64,000 nucleotides of DNA, taken from NCBI GenBank assembly GCA_963789955.1, contig CAWBMV010000012.1, positions 256,001 through 320,000 of the forward strand, written 5' to 3'. Positions 30,564 to 39,873 of this stretch are shown piece after piece. The stretch's first letter is position 1; every line of letters starts with the position of its first letter. A model generated the notes under the pieces. It was not told the origin of the DNA. It searched no databases and saw nothing but the letters and a program-made list of their open reading frames with translations. This DNA is from an uncultured Candidatus Rokubacteria bacterium. GTDB taxonomy: Bacteria; Methylomirabilota; Methylomirabilia; Rokubacteriales; CSP1-6. The translations under genes and the position numbers were made by a program.

Positions 30564-31877
30564 ATGACCGGCGCGACGGCGCGCCGGGCGCTGCGCTGGG
30601 CGGCGTTCGCGATGCTGAGCGCCGGCTGCGCTGGCACCAGCCCTCGACGTGCCCGACTACAACGCCGTCCCGAAGTGGACGTCGCGCGCGTTGCCCGAGG
30701 CGCGCGGCGAGTTCCGTACCGGGCCCGACGGCAAGCGGGTGGCGGTTCGCTACCCCGGATGGACGACGCGCGACTTCGATCGCTATCCGACCTACGCCTA
30801 CGGCGACGAGCGCATCGAGCCCTCGGTGCAGCGCGTGACGATGCCGGCGGGCGTCACCGGCGACGCCCAGAAGGGGCGCGCGCTCTTTCTGAGCCGGAGC
30901 AAGGGGCCGTGTATCGGCTGCCACCTGGTGCCGGGTGACGACGTCTGGCCCGCCGGAAGCGCCGGTCCCGACCAGTCCACGCTCGCCGATCGGAAGCTTC
31001 CGGATCAGTACCTGTATCAGGTGATCTGGGATGCTCGCGCGTACTTCCCGAACACGATCATGCCGCCGTGGGGAGCCACAGGGGTCTTGAGCTCCGAGGA
31101 GATCGTGCACGTCGTCGCCTATCTGCAGACGCTCAAGGGGCCGGCGGCGCCCGAGAAGGACCGGGAACGGAATCCGTTCACGCGTTCGAAGCCGGTGGGG
31201 TTCGGCGACAACCTCGATCCGACGAACAACCCGGCGGTGGTGCTGGCCGACGACGGCGAGGCGCTGTGGACCGCGCGCGGCCCCTCGGGCAAGGCGTGCG
31301 CCGACTGCCACGAGAGTGGCGCGGCGCGCGCGATGCGCGGCGTGGCGACGCAGTATCCAAAGTTCGTGAAGCCGTACGGGCGCGTGATGAGCCTCGAGGA
31401 TTTTCTCGAGGTGCACGCCCCGGAGACGACCGGCCGGGCGATGGCGAGCCAGTCGGCCGACAACCTCGACATGACGATGTTCGTCAAGCGCGCGTCGAAC
31501 GGGCTGCCGGTGAAGCGTCGACGTCGCGAGCCCCGAGGCGCGGGCGGCGCTCGCGCGGGGCAAGGCGACCTTCTATCGCAAGGTGGGCGAGCGGAACCAC
31601 TCGTGTGCCGACTGTCATACGACCGAGGCCGCGGCGGGGAAGTTCCTCGGCGGCCGCGTGCTCGCCGACGTCCGAGCCGGGATTGACCCGACATTTTCCG
31701 ACCTGGCGGACCGATCGCGCCGAGGTCTGGGACATGCGCAAGCGCTTCCAGTGGTGCATGACGCCACTCGGGATGAACATGCTCGCCGCCGATTCCATCG
31801 AGTACGCCGAGCTCGAGCTCTACCTGACCTCCTTCGACAACGGCAAGCCGCTCAACGTGCCCGGGATCCGCCACTAG
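30564..31877 (+). CDS. soxA: fused SoxX-SoxA triheme cytochrome lipoprotein (frameshifts near 30640, 31515, 31680)
   Basis: Lipobox SAGC; SoxX part G..LF...KGPCIGCH..TIMPPWG; SoxA part NPA...GE.LW..CADCH, second CADCH, FP.WR, RKRFQWC, LELYL. Confidence 0.82.
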
Positions 31878-31880
31878 CGC

Positions 31881-33583
31881 ATGGACGTCTCGCGGCGCGA
31901 TCTGGTCAAGCTGCTCGCGGTCGCGGCGGGCGCTGGGCTCGCACCGCGCCGTCTCGAAGCCGCCGACGGCCCGGACCGGCTCCTCGCGTTCGAGCCGCTC
32001 GGCAACGTGACACTGCTGCACATCACCGACGCCCACGCGACGCTCCGGCCGGTGTTCTATCGCGAGCCCGACTCGGTCATCGGCGTCGGCGCCGAACGCG
32101 GCCATCCGCCGTTTCTGACCGGCGCCGAGCTGCTTCGCGCGTATCACCTCTCGCCGGGGACCGTCGAGGCGTATGCCTACACGTATCTCGATTTCCCGGC
32201 GCTGGCCGCGCGATACGGGCGGATGGGGGGCTACGCGCATCTCGCCACCCTGGTCAAGCGGATCCGCGAGCAGCGCGAGGGGCGCACGCTCTTGCTCGAC
32301 GGTGGCGACACGATCCAGGGCTCGGCGACCGCACTCTGGACCCGCGGCGAGGACATGGTGCGGGTCTCGAACCAGCTCGGGGTCGACGTCTTCACGCCCC
32401 ACTGGGAGTTCGTGTACGGCATCGATCGCGTGAAGGAGCTCTTCGGCGATCGCGAGAACAAAGGGCTCTTCGCCGGCGACTTCGTCGCCCACAACGTCAC
32501 CGAGCTCAACTGGGCCGAGCGCCCGTTTCGGCCGTACACGATCCGGGAAGTGGGCGGTGCCCGCGTGGGCGTCATCGGCCAGGCGTTTCCGTACACGCCG
32601 GTCTCCCATCCCCGGCGCTTCGTGCCCGATCTCACGTTCGGTATCAGGGAAGACGGCATCCAGGCGCTGGTGACACGAGCTGCGGGACGGCAAGAAGGTC
32701 GACCTGGTCGTCCTGCTCTCGCACAACGGTGTCGCCGTCGACTTGAAGCTCGCCGGGCGCGTGCACGGGCTCGACGTCGTGCTCGGCGGTCACACCCACG
32801 ATGCGCTGCCGCAGCCGATCCGTGTGGGCCGCACGCTCGTCGTGAACTCCGGCTCGCACGGCAAGTTCCTGAGCCGCCTGGACATGGACGTCCAGCGCGG
32901 ACGCGTCGGCTCCTACCGGTATCGCCTGATCCCGGTCCTGGCCCAGGACGTCCCGGCGGATCCCGAGATGGCGCAGCTGATCGAGGAGATTCGCCGGCCG
33001 TACGAGGACAAGTTGAGCGAGCGGCTGGCGGTGTCCGACACCTTGCTCTACCGGCGCGGCAACTTCAACGGCACGTTCGACGAGCTGATCCTCGACGCGC
33101 TCTTGCGCGGCGCCGACGCGCAGATCGGCTTTTCACCGGGCTTCCGGTGGGGGATCACGATCGTCCCGGGCCAGGAGATCACGCTCGAAGACGTCTACGC
33201 GCACACCGCCGTGACCTACCCGAACACCTGGGTGCGCGAGATGACGGGGAGCGAGATCCACCAGGTGATGGAGGACGTCGCCGACAATCTGTTCCATCCC
33301 GATCCGTACTATCGGCAGGGCGGCGATATGGTCCGGCTGGGCGGGCTGACCTATACGATCGACCCGGCGAAGGGGATGGGCCGGCGCATACGAGACCTCC
33401 GCGTGGCAGGCCGGGCCCTGGAGCCGACGCGCCGCTACAAGTCGACGGGGTGGGCGAGCCTCACCGAGGCCGACGGCCCCCCGGCGTGGGACGTCGTGGC
33501 CGCGCACCTGCGAAGCCTCGGACGAGTCAAGATCGCGCCACGGGCGCGCGTCAAGGTCGTGGGACGCAAAGGAGAATGGATGA
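31881..33583 (+). CDS. soxB: thiosulfohydrolase SoxB (frameshift near 32672; stop position ambiguous)
   Basis: Tat SRRDLVK, GNVTLLHITD.H..L.P...REP, LDGGDT.QGS, HWEF, GQAFPY, LSHNG, GGHTHD, YRRGNFNG, SPGFRWG, DPYYRQGGDMVR. Confidence 0.93.
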
Positions 33584-34125
33584 GCCGTAGCCTCGCGCTC
33601 GCGGTGGCCCTGGTCGGGCTCGCGCTGCTGCCGGCCGACGCGGCCGACGATCCGCTCGACGAGCGGCTCTCGGCGTTCCAGGTCACACCGCTCGGCGACC
33701 AGGGCCCGCTGCCGTTCAAGCTCGAGTCGCTCGACGGCAAGCTCGTCTCGCTCGCCGACGTGCGCGGCCGGGTCGCCATGCTCTATTTCTGGGAAAGCAC
33801 CTGACCATACTGCGCGAGGGAGTTGCCCTCGACGATCGAGCGAATCCATCGGGAGCTCAAGGACGAGGGGTTGGTCGTGCTGGCGATCAACCTCGCCGAG
33901 AAGCGCGAGCTCGTCGCGACGTGGGTGAAGAGTCGCAACGTGACGTCGACGGTGCTGCTCGACGCGAGCAAAGAGGTCGAGAAGAGCTACCAGATCGCCT
34001 ACACGCCGACGGTGTTCCTGGTCGATCGCCGCGGCAAGCTGGTCGGCAAGGCGATCGGCGAGCGCGCATGGGCCGGCGAGCAGGGACGGGCGCTGCTGCG
34101 CCTGCTGCTCGCGCGCAAGGGCTAG
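33580..34125 (+). CDS. exported TlpA/ResA-like thioredoxin with in-frame UGA (probable selenocysteine, UPYC)
   Basis: AAAGGAG RBS, signal peptide, F.L..LDG..VSL.D.RG....LYFWEST-TGA(33802-33804)-PYCARELP, continuing in frame to V.AIN...PT.FLVDR.G, stop TAG 34125. Confidence 0.88.
33815..33831 (+). promoter_or_regulatory. putative bacterial SECIS hairpin
   Basis: CGAGGG-AGTTG-CCCTCG; stem starts 10 nt and loop 16 nt after the UGA, with GU in the loop. Confidence 0.72.
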
Positions 34126-34172
34126 CAGGCTGGCGTCCGCCTCGCATCTGAACTTTTTTCAGCAGCCTGCTA
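34122..34172. terminator. CTAG-bounded inverted repeat between convergent genes (MITE remnant / bidirectional terminator)
   Basis: CTAGCAGGCTG ... CAGCCTGCTAG; the TAG stops of both flanking genes lie in its ends. Confidence 0.55.
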
Positions 34173-35091
34173 GCGCCGGCGGCGCGGCGGCCCGTCGGCT
34201 TCGCTGAGCGCCGAACGCAGCGCCTGGAGCAGGGCGCGCGCGGCCGGCGAGAGCGGACGGGGACGCGGGTGGATCACGTCGAGGCTTCGGGCGATCGGCT
34301 CGGCGTCGACGATCTCGAACGCGACCAGGCTGCGCCGGCGTAGCTCGCGTCCGACCGCCAGGTGCGGCAGGAAGGCGAGCCCCATGCCGCGCTCGACCAT
34401 GCGTTTCGCCGTCTCGATCGTCTCGACCTCGAGCGCCACGTTCGGCACGAGCCCCGCCCGCCGGAACAATCCCTGGGTCAAGGTCCAGTCGCTCGAGCCG
34501 CGGTCGAAGAAGATCAGCGGCCGATCGGCGATCTCTTCGAGCCGCGCCCGGCGCTCGCGCTTCGGCCAGGACGCCGCCCGCCCGACCAGCACGAGCGGAT
34601 CGTCGCGCAGGCTCACGGTCTCGACTTCGGGGTGGTGGAGCGACCGCGCGAGGCCGATCTCGGCGTCGCCGCGCAGCACCATCTCGAGCACCTCCTTGGA
34701 GTGGCCGGAGCGGACGGTGATCATCACGTTGGGATGCGCGCTCTGGAATCGCTTGAGGACGTCGGGCAGGAGATAGGTGCAGATCGACAGCACCGCGGCG
34801 ATCTGGATCGCGCCGCCGCTCGCCGGACGGATGTCGTGCACCGCCTGACGCGCGAGCGCCACCGCCTGCAGCAGCTGTTCGGCGTGCGGGCGTAGCGCGC
34901 GGCCCGCCGCCGAGAGCGCGAGCCCGTGACCCTGTCCGGCCACGCTCGAAGAGCCGCACCTTGAGCGAATCCTCCAGGGTGCGGATGCGCGCGCTCACCG
35001 CCGGCTGCGTCAGACGGAGCGCCGCCGCGGCGCGACGAAAGCCGCCGAACGTCCCGACCGCGAGAAACGCTTCGACCTGAGGGATATCCAC
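34170..35091 (-). CDS. LysR-type transcriptional regulator (frameshift near 34935)
   Basis: F..AA..L.LTQPAVS.RI..LE..L...LFER HTH in ORF 34159..35091; effector domain in ORF 34170..34943. Confidence 0.92.
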
Positions 35092-35119
35092 GCGTGAGCC
35101 TTCCGGAATCTACCTGGTG

Positions 35120-35134
35120 ATAAAGATAATTTAT
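35120..35134. promoter_or_regulatory. LysR-type operator (ATAA-N7-TTAT, T-N11-A) in an AT-rich divergent promoter
   Basis: ATAAAGATAATTTAT between lysR and the microprotein-aceA unit. Confidence 0.65.
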
Positions 35135-35236
35135 ATGGGATATAAAAACAATCACGTTGTTGATTTGTGATCCTCCCGCGCTCACTCTGGAAATCACCGA
35201 GAGAGATCACGCGACGCGAAGGCGGAGGAGACGGCG

Positions 35237-35401
35237 ATGTCGACGACGTGCGAGTGCGGAGCGACGCTCGAGCAGCCGGGCCGGACGGCGCGCTGCCAGG
35301 AATGTGACGTGGCGGCCTGCCCCGGCTGCGTCATCCATGTGGAGACCATGACCTATTGCCGGTGGTGCGCGACCGTGCTCGCGCGCCATCGTGTCGCCTG
35401 A
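35237..35401 (+). CDS. 54-aa, 8-Cys putative zinc-binding microprotein
   Basis: GGAGGAG RBS; MSTTCECGATLEQPGRTARCQECDVAACPGCVIHVETMTYCRWCATVLARHRVA*; below the ORF-track size cutoff. Confidence 0.75.
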   Translation: MSTTCECGATLEQPGRTARCQECDVAACPGCVIHVETMTYCRWCATVLARHRVA

Positions 35402-35411
35402 GGAGGGATCG

Positions 35412-36386
35412 ATGCCGGAGAGCAAAGGACGACAGTTCCGACGCCTGCTGAAGGAAGAGCCGTATCTGTTCACGGGCGGCATCTACGAGCCGCTCGGCGC
35501 GCAGATGGCCGAGAAGGTCGGCATGAAGTCGATCTACCTGAGCGGCTACTCGATGGCCCTGCACAACGCATGGCCGGACATGGGCTTTCTCACGCAGACG
35601 GAGGTCGCCCGGATCGCGTCGATGGTGGCCTCGGCCACGAGCCTGCCGGTCATCGCCGACGCCGACGACGGCTACGGCAACGCGCTCTCGACGATCCGAA
35701 CGGTGCAGGAGTTCATGAAGACGGGCGTCGCCGGCATCCATCTGGAGGACCAGCGGTTCCCGAAGCGCTGCGGCCACATCGCCGGGAAGACCATCGTGAG
35801 CCTCGAGGAGGCCCTGGGCAAGTACCGGGCCGCGCTCGACACGCGCGACCGCCTCGATCCGGACTTCGTGATCATCGCCCGGACGGATGCCTACGGGGCG
35901 GTGGGCGGCAGCCTCGAGGAAGCGATCCGCCGCGGCCGCGCCTATGCCGACGCCGGCGTCGATTCCGTGTGGTGCGAGCTCTCGAACGCCTCGCGTGAGC
36001 CCGCGGTGGCCTTCGCCAAGGCGATGCGCGAGACCCATCCGGATCTGCCGCTGTCGTTCAACTACTCGTCGTCGTTCCGCTGGCACCAGGACCCGAACCC
36101 GTTCACGTTCAAGGAGCTGGGCGAGCTCGGCTACAAGTTCATCTTCATCACGCTCTTCGCCTCCCACGCGGCGACGTACGCCACCTGGAACGCGATGGAG
36201 GAGCTGGTGCGTGACGAGGAGCAGGCCCAGTGGATGCTCGAGAAGGCGAAGGTCGGCCATCCGACGGAGAGCCACCACGTGATGGCGCGGGTCTCCTATT
36301 TCCAGGAGCTCGAGAAGAAGTACATCCCGGGCACCGAGGACCGGATCAAGTCCTCAGCGGGCTTCGACGACCACCGGATGCATTGA
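35412..36386 (+). CDS. aceA: short-form isocitrate lyase (ICL/PEP-mutase family)
   Basis: YLSG, ADADDGYG, HLEDQ..PKRCGH, ARTDA, FNYSSSFRW, LGELGYKFIFITL (ICL-type rather than PrpB-type C-terminal half). Confidence 0.75.
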   Translation: MPESKGRQFRRLLKEEPYLFTGGIYEPLGAQMAEKVGMKSIYLSGYSMALHNAWPDMGFLTQTEVARIASMVASATSLPVIADADDGYGNALSTIRTVQEFMKTGVAGIHLEDQRFPKRCGHIAGKTIVSLEEALGKYRAALDTRDRLDPDFVIIARTDAYGAVGGSLEEAIRRGRAYADAGVDSVWCELSNASREPAVAFAKAMRETHPDLPLSFNYSSSFRWHQDPNPFTFKELGELGYKFIFITLFASHAATYATWNAMEELVRDEEQAQWMLEKAKVGHPTESHHVMARVSYFQELEKKYIPGTEDRIKSSAGFDDHRMH

Positions 36387-36687
36387 GTCAACATTGGGGA
36401 GGAGCGTCGCCGCTCCGCTCGCACCCATAGTGTCCCCAGGTTGCCGGTAGCCTTCGAGGGGCGAGCGAGCCCGGTAGCTTGCTCTTCGGGAGTTTAGAGC
36501 GCCCCGGTGCAGTCCCGGCCGGGGCGCGGTACATTATAAGAATAAGAGTCGTGGGTGTGGCGGCATGGTGCCGCCATAGGTCAGTTCTTCGAGTGGTCGG
36601 GCCGCCACTCGTGAAACTGGGGACGGGTCAAACCGTCTCACTCCCTCACCAGCCTATCTGAGTGCGGGAGTCCTATGGGAGAGCGCC

Positions 36688-36965
36688 GTGCCAGAGAATG
36701 CTCCTCAACGCTCGCCAAAGCAGGCCGATTCGAGCCCTCCTTTCATCGGCGCGGTTGCCCGCCTGTACTGGCTGTTGCTCGGTAACGCTGCCCTATCCCT
36801 GATTGCACTTGGCATAGTCCAGCACGGGCCCGACCGCACATGGATCACGGACGCCGCTTTCTGGACGGTCGTGGCCAGCCTCGTTCTTGTCCGCTACCTG
36901 GATGTTGCTCGGCTTGGCGGTACAACTGCGTCGGGCGAACCGGCTTCGTCCAGACACCGGAGCAG
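36688..36965 (+). pseudogene. small membrane protein, apparently truncated
   Basis: GGGAGAG RBS and two TM-like segments, after which the ORF loses coding character; lower GC. Confidence 0.35.
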
Positions 36966-37090
36966 CTCAGCCGTTCGATCCCGCACAGTTTCCAGGCGCA
37001 ACGCGACTAGTCCAGGAAGTCGAGTGCGGAGCATCGAGCCCGGGCTTGGCAACAGTCCATTCGTCTTGGGTCGTGGAGAGGAGAGAACCT

Positions 37091-37486
37091 ATGAGTATGC
37101 AGCAGCATTCGCGGCTGGCAGATCCGGTATCGTCGCAGCGCGACCCCACTGCGAGATCGCCACGGCCTTTCAGACGCCGCGCTCTGTGGTGGAAGCTTGC
37201 CTTTGCTATTCCGCTCTCAATGATGCTGTCCGGTGCCGGCGTCATCATTTGGGCTACCGTTCAGGGCTCTCGCTCGGTGGTCCTCTGGAACGTGTGCACC
37301 GGGCTTCTGGTTGTCGGCTTCGCGGTCGGCGTTACATGCCTCGGCGCGTGGGTGGCGAGCGGTGGCACTCAGGCCATCGGACCGGTCATGAAACCACGGC
37401 AGAGCGACGTCGTCGCAGCCTCGCTGATGTCGTTGGGGATCGTCTCGCTCTTGGCAATCGTTGCCAAAGTCATGTTCTTCTTTTGA
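37091..37486 (+). CDS. hypothetical 3-TM membrane protein
   Basis: GAGGAG RBS before ATG 37091; three hydrophobic stretches. Confidence 0.5.
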   Translation: MSMQQHSRLADPVSSQRDPTARSPRPFRRRALWWKLAFAIPLSMMLSGAGVIIWATVQGSRSVVLWNVCTGLLVVGFAVGVTCLGAWVASGGTQAIGPVMKPRQSDVVAASLMSLGIVSLLAIVAKVMFFF

Positions 37487-37520
37487 GTCGAATCGTCTTA
37501 GGACGCAGGAGGAAATAGCC

Positions 37521-37865
37521 ATGACCAAGATCGGACCGTTCATCGTCGATCCGAAGGCGGGCGCGTACTGCCGGATCACCCTCGACAGCGGCGAGAAGAT
37601 TTTAGTCAATCACGACATGGGAGGTTTCAAGGGCGGTCGCCTGACAATCGAAGCCCCGAAGTTCCTTGGGTTGAGCTCTGACCAGATTGTTACGTGTGAT
37701 TTGGACAGTCCTCACGGAAGGGCAGCCCTCGCGCAACTGACCGGCGCCGCTTCGAAGGGAGGTGTCAGCGTCACTCCCCTTGGCGCCTTTGTGGAGTACA
37801 TCAAGGACTGTAGGTCGGTCGCCGATGTAAGGACCAAGTGTGCTGCGCTCCTGTCGAGTGCGTGA
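37521..37865 (+). CDS. hypothetical protein
   Basis: AGGAGG RBS; MTKIGPFIVDPKAGAYCRITLDSGEKILVNHD; lower GC in the 3' half. Confidence 0.65.
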   Translation: MTKIGPFIVDPKAGAYCRITLDSGEKILVNHDMGGFKGGRLTIEAPKFLGLSSDQIVTCDLDSPHGRAALAQLTGAASKGGVSVTPLGAFVEYIKDCRSVADVRTKCAALLSSA

Positions 37866-37992
37866 GGGGGCGTCGGTGCCGTTCATTCTCGGTTTCGGCG
37901 GCCTGAGGTGGCTCGGATACCCCCACCGACTACCCGCGGCGGTCTCTTGGCTCGCTCGAGTTGCGCCGGCAGAGCCGGCGCTCGAACACTTG

Positions 37993-39873
37993 CTACTTCT
38001 CGGCCGGCTTGTCCTTGGTTTCTGGCGGTCGCTCGCCCGAGCGCGGCGAAGGCTGGCCGTGCTTGCCTTCAGGGCGACGGCCCTTGTCCCCTGCGCCACC
38101 GTGGGGACGTGCTTGGCGCGCGTCCGCGGAGTTGTGTGGTGGTGGAGGCGGCGGATTCACCTTGCGGCCGGCGTCGCCCTCGTCGCTCGCTGGCGGCTTG
38201 CTCTGCCGGGAATCCGGCTGCGCGGGAGCATTGCGAGCGCCGGATCGCGGAGTGCCCGGCGCCGTGTTCGGAGTGGAGCCCGGATCCGGCCGCCGCGCGT
38301 TCGGAGTGTCGGCCGGACGCGGCGGTCTTTGACCCGGGCCCTGGCCTTCGGGCGGCGCCACGGCGACCGTGCGCCGCGGTGCTGGGACGATTCGCGGCGA
38401 CGCCGCTGACGTCGTCGCTTCGCGCGGCGCGCTGAGCCCCTCGGCACGCAGCGACGGCGAGAAATCGCGCGGGGCGCGCGTCGCTACCACGGTGCGGTCC
38501 CGAATGGCGGCCGGTGGTGTCAAGGTCGCGCGGTCAGCGCTCATCACGCTGGCCGCGGCGGGCTTGACCTGGAGCGATCCGCGCACCGGCGTGAGCTCTT
38601 TCACCTGCGCGTCGCTGACCCGCGCGATGTGAGCCGCGCCGCGTCCGAAGCGATCCTCCGGCACGCCCACGACGGCGTTGTGAACGTTGACGTTGCTGTA
38701 GACGTTGATGTTGGTCACGTTGACGGTCGTCGTGCGATTGACGACGACGTTGTTCACGACGCGCGGGCCGCCCCAGCCGCCCCACCAGGCGACGCCGACG
38801 AAGCCCTGGACGGCCCCACCAGGGTACGACGGGTTCGCCCCAGCCGAGAGGCGCCCAGTGCACAGGTCGTGCGGCGACGGCCACGCCGACCGGGCCGCCA
38901 AGGAACACGACGAGCGCCGGCGCGTAGACGGGCCGGACGACGACGGGCCCCGGCGCCCATCCCCAGTAGCCCCGCACGAAGACCCAGCGGCCGTAGTGGT
39001 ACGGCGCCCATCCCCACGGCGCGGCGTCGAGCCACGTCCAGCCGAAGCGCGGATCCCAGATCCATCGCCCCGTGCTGTACGGCACCCATCCCGGCGGCAC
39101 GCTTGCGGGCGCCCACACCGGGCCATAGGCCTCTTCTGTACGCCAGGCCCCGTGCTGCGCGAGCTCCTCGGTGCCGTACATCGCGGGCGAGACGTTCTGC
39201 GCGTTGGTCGGCTGGATCAGGTAGGCCGTGCGCTGGTAGTTCCAGCGATCCCACCGGGTGAGCGGCGGCGCCGCGCTCGTCTCGACGCTCGGCGTCTCGA
39301 CGCCCGCGATCACGATTTGCTGGTTGGCCGCGACGGTCGCGGCCGCTCCGGCGGCCGGAGTCACCGCGGCGCTCCCGCCGCGATGCGCCCTGAAGGTCGT
39401 CGTGTCCTCGGAGAGATCGACGTGGTAGTAGCCCTTGCGCTCGATCGTGAAGGCGGCGTTCGGCGTGTCGATCTCGACCGTGTGACCGGCCGGGATGTCC
39501 CGCACGTCGAACGCGGCGTGGCCGGCCGTGACGCGGAACTGCGTGAAGTCGGGCTCGTCGTTGTCGAGACCGAGCTGCGTTCCGTTGCCGGCGCGCACGA
39601 AGGCACGCGGGCCGACTTGTAGCTCGGCGTTGCCGTCCGGACCGGTGTAGAGGACGTCGCCGGGCGCCAGCGGCGTGTTGACCTTGGCCTCGGCCCACTC
39701 CTGTGCGCCGGGACGCCAGAAGGAGACCTCGCCGTAGAGGTAGCTGACTCGTGTCGGCGTGATCTCGCCGGCCTGCTCGGGGGCCGGTGGGTCGGCCGCC
39801 GGGATCGAGCCCGGACCGCTCGCGGCCAGAGCCAGCATGAGAAGCGCTGACGATGATCCGTCGAGTGCCGCAT
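37993..39873 (-). CDS. exported FecR-domain / DUF6600-like protein with Pro/Arg-rich tail (frameshifts near 39845 and 38810)
   Basis: RVSY..G.VSF, N.PL..GD, E..TPN; L...G.W.....YG.VW.P, W.PY..G.W, PWGWAPYHYGRW; low-complexity C-terminus. Confidence 0.8.

Noticed and set aside
36550..36650. tRNA (including tRNA-Sec) or cobalamin riboswitch
   Set aside because: Multi-stem, but lacks a TTCRA T-loop, a proper anticodon arm and the cobalamin-box consensus; kept only as an unassigned structured candidate.
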